DNA of 64,000 nucleotides. Origin: the human T2T-CHM13v2.0 reference genome, Homo sapiens. A model generated the notes under the pieces. The model was not told where the DNA came from, did not search any database, and saw only the letters and a list, made by a program, of their open reading frames with translations. Made by a program: the position numbers and the translations under genes. This document shows positions 12,900 through 29,138 of the stretch, piece by piece. The stretch lies in the NCBI RefSeq assembly GCF_009914755.1, contig NC_060933.1, one strand, 5' to 3'. Each line of letters begins with the position of its first letter. The first letter of the stretch is position 1.

Positions 12900-13640
12900 T
12901 GACTGTCCTGGACGAGAATTCCGTCCCCACTTGCAGGTCGGGCACTGAGTGCCTGGACAGAGAGTTAGGTCCCCCGCTTACCCCGCCCTAAGGCTGCGGA
13001 AGGCGGCGCCATCGGTCGCCATGGAAATCGCGGCGGATGGGCGGATCCTGGGCAGGTTGGCTGGGTCGGGCTGCCCGGGCGACGCCGGAGTTGCAGTTGG
13101 AGGCTGCGGGAATACAAAGGTAAGAGAGCAACTCCTGGGTTCCCTTGACTCGCAAGGGCTTGACCCCTGCCCGGGTTCTGGGAAAGTGAAGCAGAAAGTC
13201 GCCTCCCAGCGCAGAATATTCAAATTTGCCAGATGATCAGAATTACGCTGATTTAAAACCCAAACCCTCCCTAGTTTCCCACTCCTGCCCTGCTAAATCA
13301 AAATCTCCCAGCCAGGATCCGGAATCTGGATTTAACCAGGGGCCGTTTATAGAGTTGGGAGATTGGTAGATACGAGGTTCGCCTATTCTTATTTCTCAAC
13401 GCCATACCACTACCCCGTAATGGTAAAAGAATTTGCACCCCAAAATCCTCCCCAGCGGCTCTGAAATGGAGTGCTTGGAGCTGGAAATGCGGAGCCCATT
13501 CCTCTCCTTGCAATACTGAAAGTTGTGAGCTGATTGGAAGCGTCGCTGCTTCTTGTGGGTTTCCCACTGGGGGGCAGCCTCGTCCTTCGCTCCTATTCCT
13601 TCCGCAAAGCAGAGCCGACAGTGTGGTTTCTGGCTAATTC
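12900..13640. promoter_or_regulatory. CpG-rich, GC-rich promoter-like island with two RFX X-box-like motifs
   Basis: Dense CpG in unique sequence; GTCGCCATGGAAAT (13015-13028), GCTGCCCGGGCGAC (13070-13083) and GC boxes. Confidence 0.7.
12982..13022 (-). pseudogene. Putative first coding exon of the lost gene
   Basis: ATGs at 13022 and 13012; donor GG|GTAAGC at 12981. The ATG at 13012 gives MAPPSAALGR+1 nt, in phase with the 12736 exon. Confidence 0.5.
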
Positions 13641-14184
13641 CGGCTGCAGCCTGGTTAATAATATAAGCAGCACTTCTAGGAAGCGGAGCTTGGATGCAGA
13701 GCAGAGCCTAGGGCTGTAAATGGAAGAAGCTCTCAGCCCCAATTCCTAGTTTACAGTTAGGGTTCAGAACAAAGAATCCACGCTTGTAAAGCAATAATGT
13801 TCCCCTTGAGGGGAACATTACACTGCCCTTCAGTTCACGTGTATTATTTCTCAGCCCCCCCGAGCTTTATCTTTCATTGGGCAATCAGGTGGGACTTCAG
13901 GATTGATGGAGCCAAGCGTTAGCCTTGGCTGCACACTGAGTAACTATGAGCCTCACCTGACCACCTTCAGGAGGCAGCGTGGTGGTGAGAGAGGACTCGC
14001 TTCTGCGCTAATGGGGATCGCCATAGCTTCAATGACTATAAAATCAGGACCTGTCGTATCTGCATAGCCTGTCTTAGAGGTTTACGGGACGCTCAGCTCA
14101 ATAGAGTGGGATAATCTATGGGTCTCTAGTACCTCATGCATTTACTGTACCTTATTTTGATAACCTGTTTATAGGTCTGACTTC

Positions 14185-14929
14185 TGTTATTTCATGTATA
14201 GGCATTGTCAGCTTAAAATCATGAGATCTTAAATTTGGAGAGGAGACTTTATTTCTTATAACGAGTTGCAGCTTGCAGGGTGGCCATCATGACAGGTAGA
14301 AGCTAGCCTCTGGCAGAGACCAATAGCAGGCACTTCAGAGGATAAAAGGGAGAGGTTGAGATTTATGCCCAAGGAAATTAGCTATACATACATATTCAGT
14401 AGGTTATAGGAGAATCTTATGAATATTTATGAGTCAATACATATGCACAGAATGAACATGTATGTAACATACAACACATGTTCACTTTGGGGTGGAGACA
14501 ACATTAAGATACAGTCAAATTTAGGCCACACACATTAAAAGGTGAAGCAGGGACATGAAAGTAATCAACGCTCAGCCTCTATGAATCAGCCAGAACCGGT
14601 CTGTGGTCTCTTAGAAGAAAGTTACTGAAATCAGTCTCTTGTCCAGTCAGAGCTGTAGTTATGCCTTGTGGAGCACGAGGTCAGTTAGTCAGTGTTTGGT
14701 GGTTAGTGAGCTGCAATTGTTTCAATATTGCTTATCTGGAGACCAGTGCTTGTTTTGCTGATAGAGAAAAAGAAAAACCTTGAGGCAGTTAGAAAATAGT
14801 TTATTCTTTAACTGTAGGGGCTGTAGGACTTAACCCTTGCCTACTACCACCTTAGGTCTTGTTTATAATTTGGTATCTTATTACCACAAAGAGTCCATTC
14901 TGTCAGCTTATGACCTCTATTTTAGCAAC
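14185..14929 (-). mobile_element. ERV1 (MER4-group-like) solo LTR
   Basis: LTR-like sequence recognised by eye (ggagactttatttcttata...; ...ttattctttaactgtagggg...); subfamily and ends approximate. Confidence 0.55.
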
Positions 14930-16648
14930 ATAAAATAAGAGCAGCTTTTTCTACATCACGTAGAATGCACTTCCTCCAATTCAAACTTCCAAATCATGAA
15001 TTATTGCTAAAAGGAGGTGAAAGGGCTGAGAAGGTTAGGGCCAAGTGAGCAGACCACAGTATATCCTTTGGGATAATAAATGTCATTTTACATAAGAAAG
15101 AGACCCATGGTCAAATAAGTGTGTAAAATACTTGATTAAATGTATTTCTTTACTGCAGGACTTTTTTTCAGAAATTTTAGAAAGCAAATATATATTGTGA
15201 CTCTTCAAGTTAAAGTTATACTTACAGCATTTCTCACATTTATTTCCTGTGAAACTTTTTTGTACAATGACTTGCAGAGCAACTATTCCACAGAACATAC
15301 TTTGGAAAACACTAAACTGGAACACCAATGACCTCCCCAAGAGGTCTCCGTAAGGTAGAATGGTAGACAGCTGTTGGACACGTCTGGTTTTTCAAAGTGG
15401 CAAAATAGTTTTGGGCTGTCTTCCTCAAGAGGGGGATGGGAGAAGCCTTTTGAAACAGAGTAGATAAAGAATTAATTTGGCAGGGAGGACAAACTTACAT
15501 TATGTTTCAGATGCTCAACATTATTTAATTCTCAAAATTGCTGTCTCAAATGGATACGGTTATCCCCACTTTACAAGCAACAAAACTGACATTCATGAAT
15601 TAGTCAAATGCCACCTTCAAGCTCACATAGCCAGGAAGTGATAGCACTGGTATTTGGAGCCAAATCTTTAGTATAGTACAGTGAAGAACCCAAGCCCAGT
15701 AGCAGGGCAGCCAGCAGGGGCTCTGGAAGAACTGATTTTGTTTTCATGGTCACTTGAGTAATTCATGAAGAGTGAGAGTAGTGGGTAGTCTGCTCTCAAA
15801 TAGTGAGCAGAAGAAAGTCCCCAGTATCGTCTTCTGATGATGGGCAGGGGATAATCCTTCTTTGAAAGATATATGGTCAGGAAAAATTGTGAAATTCGTT
15901 TTGCTAGAAGTTCAGTTGCAAATACAGACATATCTCAAAGATGTTGTGGGTTCAGGTTCCAGACCACTGCAATAAAGTGACCGTCACAATAAAGCAAGTC
16001 ACACAAATGTTATGGTTCCCCAGTGCATATAAAAGTTACATTTACATGATACTGTAGTTTTTTTAAGTGTGCAATAGCATTATGTCTTAAAAAAAGTACA
16101 TACTTTAATTTAAAGGTAATTTCTTGCTAAAAAATGCTAATGATCATCTGAGCTTTCAGTGAGTCATAATCTTTTTGCTGGTGGAGGGTCTTGCCACAAT
16201 ATTGATGGCTAACTAATTATCAGAGTGGTGGTTGCTAGAAGTTGGAGCAGCTGTGGCAATTTCTTAAAATAAGACAACAATGAAGTTTGTTTCAGCTATT
16301 GACTCTTCCTTTTATGAAAGATTTCTCTGTTTGATAGCATTTTGCCCACAGTATAACTTCTTTAAAATTGGAGTCGGTCCTCCCAAATCGTGCCACTGAC
16401 GGATCAATTAGGTTTGTTGTCATTTCAACAATGTTCACAGCACCTTCACCAGGATTCCATCTCAACAAACCATTTCCTTTGCTTCTACATAAGAAGCAAC
16501 TCCTCATCTGTTCAAGTTTTATCATGAGATAGCCACAATGCAGTGGCACCTTCAGGTTCCGCTTGTCATTCTAGTTTCCTCGCTATTTCTTTTTTTTTTT
16601 TCTAGTCGCAAAATTGAATATTTTATTTTGAGATGTTAATTTTCTTTT

Positions 16649-16689
<41 letters not shown>

Positions 16690-16783
16690 TTATACTTTAA
16701 GTTTTAGGGTACATGTGCACATTGTGCAGGTTAGTCACATATGTATACATGTGCCATGCTGGTGCACTGCACCCACTAACTCA

Positions 16784-20731
<3,948 letters not shown>

Positions 20732-20779
20732 TTATTTTGCTTGTTAGTTGATGCAGTTTCTTCCTAGTCTCGATGGTCT

Positions 20780-21796
20780 TTACATTTTGGCATGATTTTG
20801 CAGTGGCTGATACTGGTTGTTCCTTTCCATGTTTAGAGCTTCCTTCAGCAACTCTTTTAGGGCAGGCCTGGTGGTGACAAAATCTCTCAGCATTTGCTTG
20901 TCTGTAAAGTATTTTATTTCTCCTTCACTTATGAAGCTTAGTTTGGCTGGATATGAAATTCTGGGGTGAAAATTCTTGTCTTTAAGAATGTTGAATATTG
21001 GCCCCCACTCTCTTCTGGCTTGTAGGGTTTCTGCTGAGAGATCCGCTGTTAGTCTGATGGGCTTCCCTTTGAGGGTAATCCGACCTTTCTCTCTGGCTGC
21101 CCTTAACATTTTTTCCTTCATTTCTACTTTGGTGAATCTGACAATTATGTGTCTTGGAGTTGCTCTTCTCAAGGAGTATCTTTGTGGTGTTCTCTGTATT
21201 TCCTGAATCTGAACATTGGCCTGCCTTGCTAGATTGGGGAAGTTCTCCTGGATAATATCCTGCAGAGTGTTTTCCAACTTGGTTCCATTCTCCCCATCAC
21301 TTTCAGGTACACCAATCAGACGTAGATTTGGTCTTTTCACATAGTCCCATATTTCTTGGAGGCTTTGCTCATTTCTTTTTATTCTTTTTTCTCTAAACTT
21401 CCCTTCTCGCTTCATTTCATTCATTTCATCTTCCATTGCTGGTACCCTTTCTTCCAGTTGATCGCATCAGCTCCTGAGGCTTCTGCATTCTTCACATAGT
21501 TCTCGAGCCTCGGTTTTCAGCTCCATCAGCTCCTTTAAGCACTTCTCTGTATTGGTTATTCTAGTTATACATTCTTCTAGATTTTTTTCAAAGTTGTCAA
21601 CTTCTTTGCCTTTGGTCTGAATGTCCTCCCGTAGCTCAGAGTAATTTGATCGTCTGAAGCCTTCTTCTCTCAGCTCGTCCAAGTCATTCTCCATCCAGCT
21701 TTGTTCCCTTGCTGGTGAGGAACTGCGTTCCTTTGGAGGAGGAGAGGTGCTCTGCTTTTTAGAGTTTCCAGTTTTTCTGTTCTGTTTTTTCCCCAT
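20780..21796 (-). pseudogene. L1 ORF1p, broken by a premature stop at 21467-21469
   Basis: ORFs 21467..21796 and 20780..21436 are in the same frame; MGKKQNRKTGNSK... / ...ERNNQYQPLQNHAKM. Confidence 0.95.
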
Positions 21797-22251
21797 CTTT
21801 GCGGTTTTATCTACTTTTGGTCTTTGATGATGGTGATGTACAGATGGGTTTTCGGTGTGGATGTCCTTTCTGTTTGTTAGTTTTCCTTCTAACAGACAGG
21901 ACCCTCAGCTGCAGGTCTGTTGGAATACCCTGCCCTGTGAGGTGTCAGTGTGCCCCTGCTGGGGGGTGCCTCCCAGTTAGGCTGCTCGGGGGTCAGGGGT
22001 CAGGGACCCACTTGAGGAGGCAGTCTGCCGGTTCTCAGATCTCCAGCTGCGTGCTGGGAGACCCATGGCTCTCTTCAAAGCTGTCAGACAGGGACATTTA
22101 AGTCTGCAGAGGTTACTGCTGTCTTTTTGTTTGTCTGTGCCCTGCCCCCAGAGGTGGAGCCTACAGAGGGAGGCAGGCCTCCTTGAGCTGTGGTGGGCTC
22201 CACCCAGTTCCAGCTTCCCAGCTGCTTTGTTTACCTGAGCAAGCCTGGGCA

Positions 22252-22560
22252 ATGGCAGGCGCCCCTCCCCCAGCCTCGCTGCCACCTTGCAGTTTGATCT
22301 CAGACTGCTGTGCTAGCAATCAGCGAGACTCCGTGGGCGTAGGACCCTCCGAGCCAGGTGCCGGATATAATCTCATGGTGCGCTGTTTTTTAAGCCGGTC
22401 AGAAAAGCACAGTATTCAGGTGGGAGCGACCCGATTTTCCAGGTGCCGTCCGTCACCCCTTTCTTTGACTCGGAAAGGGAACTCCCTGACCCCTTGCGCT
22501 TCCCAAGTGAGGCAATGCCTCGCCCTGCTTCGGCTCACGCACGGTGCGCGCACCCACTGA
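22252..22560 (+). CDS. L1 antisense ORF0, open and C-terminally extended (102 aa)
   Basis: MAGAPPPASLPPCSLISDCCASNQRDSVGVGPSEPG... in the L1 5'UTR, antisense to L1. Confidence 0.55.
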   Translation: MAGAPPPASLPPCSLISDCCASNQRDSVGVGPSEPGAGYNLMVRCFLSRSEKHSIQVGATRFSRCRPSPLSLTRKGNSLTPCASQVRQCLALLRLTHGARTH

Positions 22561-22837
22561 CCTGCGCCCACTGTCTGGCACTCCCTAGTGAGATGAACCC
22601 GGTACCTCAGATGGAAATGCAGAAATCACCCTTCTTCTGCGTCGCTCACGCTGGGAGCTGTAGACCGGAGCTGTTCCTATTCGGCCATCTTCATTTCCTC
22701 GCTATTTCTAACGCATCTGCAGTGCTTGTCCCCGCTGAAGTCTTGAACTCAAAGTCATTCAGGATGATTGGAATCCACGTCTTCCAAATTTATGTTAATG
22801 TTGACAATTTGATCTCCTTTCATGAGTCACAATGTTC

Positions 22838-23297
22838 ATTTTTGTTATTATTTTTATTTTAGATTCAGGGGTACATGTGTAGGTTTGTTACATGGATATA
22901 TTGTATAATGGTGAAGTTTGGGCTTCAAGTGAACAAATCACCCAAATATTGAACATTCTACTCAATAGGTATAACCCATGAAATCAACCCTCACCAACCC
23001 CTCTTCCACCCTCCCCCATTTTGGAAACCCTAGTGTTTGTTGTTTCCAAATTTATGTGCATGTGTACCCATTGTTTAGCTCCCACTTGTAAGTGAGAAGA
23101 CACAGTATTTGATTTTCTGTTTCTGAGTTATTTCACCTAGGATAATGGCCTCCAGCTCCATCCATGTTGCTGCAAAGGGCATAAGTTCATTCTTTTAGAA
23201 AGCTGTATAGTATTCCATGGTTTCTATATACCACATTTTCTTTATCCAATCAAACATTGATGGACACTTAGGTTGATTCCATGACTTTGCTATTGAT
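22838..23297 (-). mobile_element. Old L1 3' fragment (L1PB/L1MA-like) inserted in Tigger1
   Basis: T-rich tail then reverse L1 3'UTR (gggtacatgtgtaggtttgttacatgg...); Tigger1 resumes afterwards. Confidence 0.8.
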
Positions 23298-24931
23298 GAA
23301 CATAAATATTCTCAGTGGCATCTAGAATGGTAAATCCTTTCCAGAAGCTTTTCCATTTATCCAGATCCATCAGTGGAATCACTATCCATGGAAACTATAG
23401 CCTTCCAAAGTTTATTTATTAAATAATAAGACTTGGAATTCAAAATTACTCCTTAATCAATGGGCTACAGAATGGATGTGATGTTAGCAGGCAAGAAAAC
23501 AACACTGATCTCCTTGTACATCTCCATCAGAGCTCTTGGGCGACCAAGTGCATTGTCAATTAACAGTAATATTTTTTAAAGAAATCTTCTTTTCTGAGCA
23601 GTAGGTCTCAACCGTGTGCTTAAAATATTCAGTGAGACATGATGAAAACAGATGTGCTCTCATCCAGGCTTTGTTGTTCCATTTATAAAGCACAGGCAGA
23701 GCAAATTTAGCATAATTCTTAAGGGCTCTAAGGATTTTCTAAATGGTAAACAGACATTGGATTCAACTTAAGGTCACCAGCTGCATTAGCCCCTAACAAG
23801 AGAGTCAGCCTGTCCTCTGAAGGTTTGAAATCAGGTATTGATTTCTCCTCTCTACCTGTGAAAGTTCTAGATGGCATCTTCTTCCAATAGATGACTGTTT
23901 TGTCTACATTGAAAATTGGTTGTTTAGTGTAGCCACCTTCATCAATGACCTTAGCTAGAGATCAATAACACTTGCTGCTTCACCTTGCACATTTATGTTA
24001 TGGAGGCGGCTTCTTCAACTTCATGAATCAAACCATTGTTAGTTTTCAACTTTTCTTCTTCAGCTTCTGCGCCCCTCTCAGCCTTCATAGACTTGAAGAT
24101 CTAGGTCCTTGCTCTGGATCAGGTTTTGGCTTAAGGGAATGTTGTGGCTGGTTTGACCTTCTATCCAAAACACTAAAACTTTTTCCATCTCAGCAGTAAG
24201 GCTGTTTTGCTTTCTTATCATTAGTATGTTCACTGGAGTAGCACTTGCAATTTTCTTTAAGAACTTTTTCTGTGCATTCACAACTTGGCTAACTGGTGCA
24301 AGAGGCCTAGCTATTGGCCTATCTCAGTTTTCAACATGTCTTCACCACTAGGCCTAATCATTTCTAGCTTTTGTTTTAAAGTGAGAGATGTGTAACTCTT
24401 CCTTACACTTGAACACTTAGAGAGGCCATTGTAGGGTAATTACTTGGCCTAATTTCAATATTGCTGTATCTCAGGGAATAGGGAGGCCTGGGGCAAAGGA
24501 GAAAGATGGGGGAACAGCTGGCAGCTGGTCAGTGAGGCAGTCAAGACACATACAACATTTACTAATTAAGTTCACTGTCTTCTGGGGGTTTGGTTCGTGG
24601 TTCCCCAAAACAACTACAATGGAACATCGAAGATCATCGATCACAGACAACCATAACAGATACAATACTAATGAGAAAATTTGAAATATTGTGAGAATTA
24701 CCAAAATGTGACACAAAGACACCAAGTGAGCACATGCTATTGGAAAAATGGCGCCGACAGACTTATTGACGCAGGGTGTGCCTTCAAAGTAAAAAACAAC
24801 AATATCTGCAAAGCACAATAAAGCAGAGCACAGTGGAATGAAGCATGTCTGTAAAGGAAACCTGTATGCAAGCAAAGAGGCAGAGATCAAAGGGAGCCAG
24901 TCCTACTTAAATAGAAAGTAATGTCTAAGAA

Positions 24932-25054
24932 GAAGATAGGGCACATGCCTTTCTCTTGTCCTTGGAGCTATTTATGGAGCTCCCCCTGGAGGAAGATAGG
25001 GCACATGCCTTTCTCTTGTCCTTGGAGCTATTTATGGAGCTCCCCCTGGAGGAA
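24932..25054 (+). repeat. Perfect 60-bp tandem duplication
   Basis: 24932-24991 is identical to 24992-25051; trailing gaa microhomology. Confidence 0.97.
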
Positions 25055-25910
25055 CGTAGACTCTTTCCTTCAAGCTAGAATTAGCATGTCTGCAAAAGGA
25101 TTTAGATGATCTGCTGCTGGTGGAGGAGTAGAGCAGTCCATGTGGACTCCCATGAAGGGAGCAATTTGCACCCAACTTAAATTTGATCTGGACACAACAA
25201 GCCAAACTTTTGGAAACTTAATCCTTTGGCAGGACCTGTGGGCTAGGGGCCCAAGACATGATGGGCATGCTGTTTAGAGAAGCCAAAAATCAGCAGTTGA
25301 AAAGAGAAACTGACTTTTGTTGCAGTTGGAACTAAAGCAACGGGCCACACCAAGAGGCCAATGGGATGGCCAACAGCTGGGTCCCAGGGACAAGATTCTG
25401 AGGCTGTGCGTCAGAAGAATTGGATGCTTGCAGCCAACTAGGATACATAAAATAGTAGAATGGAGAAGTCATGTGCCAGAGTAAATAGGGTCTTCCTAAA
25501 ATGAGAGCCTCTCCTGCCATAGGGGATGTTAGAGGTAGGCATTTGGTAGCAGCAGAAAGCCTGGGATCAAGACAGATAGGTGTATTTTCATTGTGAAAAA
25601 CTATAAAGCAGAACACTCTGAGAGACCCTCTGCTTAGTCCTTCTGCCCCACATTGAAGGACTTAGCATTATTCCAATTCTGAAAAATTAAAATCCAAAGT
25701 TAGCATTGGTTATTCCTGGGGAGTAAGATTATGGGTGGTTTTTATTTTGCTCTTTGTAACTTTCTTTACCAATTCTTTATCAAGCCTACTGCCATGGATC
25801 TGGATTCTTTTCATCATCAATTGTTTTAATTGGAAAGAAGGCAGAGCCTTTTTTGTAATGAAAGACCCAAATGAAGTGAATTTTAGAGAATAAGTTATAG
25901 AAATGTCTGG

Positions 25911-25915
<5 letters not shown>

Positions 25916-25950
<35 letters not shown>
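25916..25950. repeat. (TG)n microsatellite
   Basis: Seen directly. Confidence 0.98.
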
Positions 25951-25952
<2 letters not shown>

Positions 25953-27342
25953 CTGTACACACATACATAGAAAGAGAGAAAAACAGAAAGGCAAAGAACA
26001 TTCCACTTCAGGAAGACTTAGCACAGTCCGGAGAAACTATCCCATGGAAGAGGAAGGAAGTTTTAGGGCTGATTGAACCCTCTGAAAAAGTGCCAATAGG
26101 GAAAAATATTTGAAGATGGCCTTGGCTATGTTTTCTATTCTATGGTCTTCTATATCACTTCTCCAACTCATGGGAACCAACTCACACTGGAAGACACAGA
26201 AGCTAAATTTGACTATGCTCTCTATCCCCCTAAATTCCCTCCTTTGGTACATTCCCTTTTCCAAAACCTTCCCTATAATTCCTTCTGCTTAAAATCACTT
26301 CCTCCACCGAAGAATATGTTTACCAAGCTCCTTGTTCAAGGCAGGGACACCTTTATAGAATATCTTTCCTAGGCCCCATAGTTGACTGAATCTCTGAGAC
26401 CCAGGTTAGCCTTCTACCAACAATCCTGACCACATGCTCAGCAGCATGGCGGCCACTGGAATAGGAATCACTGGTATGTCCCTGCCCCACTACTGCCCTA
26501 GCTTGGGCCTTCCTCCCCTCCTTCAGATAGCTCTGCCACCCCCACTCCCCCTCTCCTCTGCAGCTCAATTTAAAGGCCAGAGCAGGTAAGGTCTGCAGCA
26601 GCGTCCCAGTGGATAGATCTGAAAACTGGAGGGCACAAGGCTTCTCTGCCCCCCTACCCACATAATCCACTACCTAATTGACCCTTACTCTGTGGACAGA
26701 AGGCCTATCTGGCTATTGCAGCTTCCCCAGTACCACCGATGTCCATTCTGCCTCTGTTAGGGCTCCCTCCTGCTGTTCCATACTCTGTGCCCAGGAGGGC
26801 TGTCCTGTGCGTTCGGTCCACAATGGCCCCTTTCTGTTCTTCAGGCATTCCATCATGCTCCCCCTCAACCCTGGATGCCAATCCTCCACATGCCCACACA
26901 GTTAACTCCCGCACCCCCAAGGTTATTTTTCAACCCTCACCCCTGACTTCTGGCATCCCCCATTTTGGAATCCCCAGTGTCTATTGTTTACAACTTTATG
27001 TCCATATGTACCCATTGTTTAGCTCCCATTTACAAATGAGAACATACAGTATTTGATTTTCTGTTTCTGAGTTATTTTACTTAGAATCATGGTCTCTACC
27101 TCACTGAAAAAGAGAGGCCTCCCCAATCACATGCCCCAGCACTTCTTTTCCCCATCCTCACTTATTATTTCTCTTTTGCATTTATCACTATCTGATACTT
27201 TTCTTGTGTATTTTTTATGTAATGCTTTTCTTAGGAATTTCTTATTTAGTTACTGTCTGTATCCTCCCACTAGAATTTAAGCTCCATGATAGCTAGGATT
27301 TTTATCTGCTTATTCACTGTTACATGTTTTACACCCAATGGG

Positions 27343-27449
<107 letters not shown>

Positions 27450-27754
27450 TCAGTAGCCCAGCTTCTGATCTGTTTTGTTTGTACTTTTCACTCATTTTCA
27501 CACAGTGACACTGACTGCCGGGTAACTGTCTCTCAGGACATTTGTGCTTTGAGTCTCTGCAACTCTGGACCATCTCTGCAGGCTAAAAGATGTGCCTGTT
27601 GCTAAGAGGAGGAGCCCTGCAGCAGGAATCCGGTGCCAGCTGACCTGGAACAACCTGATCTCCAGAAAGCATCCCTGTTATACTCAAATGGGCCTTCCAG
27701 ATGAGCCCTGTAAGGATATGCATGATAGCAAAAGCTCAGGACAGCCTTTTTATG

Positions 27755-27852
27755 TTACTGTTGTTCTTAACTTTTGACTTACTCCCTTTAGGGATCCAGC
27801 CTTTACTGTTGTTCTTAACTTTTGACTTATTCTCTTTAGGGATCCAGCCTTT
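27755..27852 (+). repeat. 48-bp tandem duplication (2 mismatches)
   Basis: ttactgttgttcttaacttttgactta...gggatccagcct repeated twice. Confidence 0.92.
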
Positions 27853-29009
27853 CTTTGACTATGAACCTAAACGTAAGAAAGAGAAGTTTCTTGACTCCCT
27901 AAAAACGAGTCATAATGCTTTCTGAAACTGAGTCTCTTCTGCTTCTGGAAACTGAGTCTTAGTGCAAAGAAATCCCTCTGTATTTTCTTGATTTCCATCT
28001 TGATTCTCTATTTTAAAGATAAAATAGCTGTTGCTTTGTGTCTGTGTAGAGTGTGGCAAAAAGAGAGGAAACAGAAAAAGATAAAAGGACCATCTCTCTC
28101 ACTTTTAAAATCTCTTTTCCTTAAGGTATCCTTGAATATCTCTCTTCATTATGCCCTAAAACATTTTCCCTGCAATTGATGCTATCCAGCCAGTGTTTTT
28201 TTAGTAGCACCTATAATTCAAATGCATATAATCCAGAATCCAGCCCTAACTTCACACCTGAGTTTCTAGACCAACTAAACATCCCACAGGTACTTCAGGC
28301 TCACTAGATCCAAGTCTAACTCATTATCTTTGTACCAAAACAGTATTTTTTAATTAAAATTTTAAAAAAAATAATTATAAATAAAAAACACTGGCTCTAT
28401 TGGAACTGAGCCTGGCTAATGACATTGTCTTTTCCCACTCACCCAAACTAGGCATTTAAAAATCAAACTTGACTCCCCCACTCTGACTCTATGCCAATTC
28501 TATCAGTCGCTGAGTCACTGTTTGACCCTACTCCAAGCTTTCCAATCTTCTCAGGAACCATGCTGATATCAAGACTGTGTCCTGTGGAATATCTAATATA
28601 TGTGACACCCGGAGGAGTCATTTTTTAACACCTCCCTTCTCTATACAACAAAATTATTTTCAATAATGGCCATGAGTATGATGATAATTATGTCTTTATA
28701 ATACGTGTAATTGACAATATCATACATAATTATGGATTATATATATACACAAATAATGCTCAGAAAAACAAAGCAGTGAAAATGTTCTATTAAACTATGT
28801 ATAATCTTATATATAATTATATAAGTTTCTAAAATAAAAGGAAATGCCTACAACTATTTTTTATTAATTTTTATATCCACCTAAATGGCTGAACTTTGAT
28901 CCTTTGGTTACAGTCTGATATATTAATATTTACGTAAATGACAGTCCAATAACTAGGTTTAAATAAAACTAAAATGTCTGCAGAAGTATAGTTTAGGCAA
29001 TTACATTTT

Positions 29010-29138
29010 AAATTTTTTTAAATGAGATGGACTCTTGCTATGATGCGCAGGCTGATCTCAAACTCCTGAGCTCAAGCCATGCTCCCACCTCGGCCTCCAA
29101 AAGTGCTGGGATTACAGGCATGAGCCACTGCGCCCGAC
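29010..29138 (-). mobile_element. Alu left monomer (FLAM-like)
   Basis: Reverse Alu left arm; flanks share tttaggcaattac (probable TSD). Confidence 0.85.
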
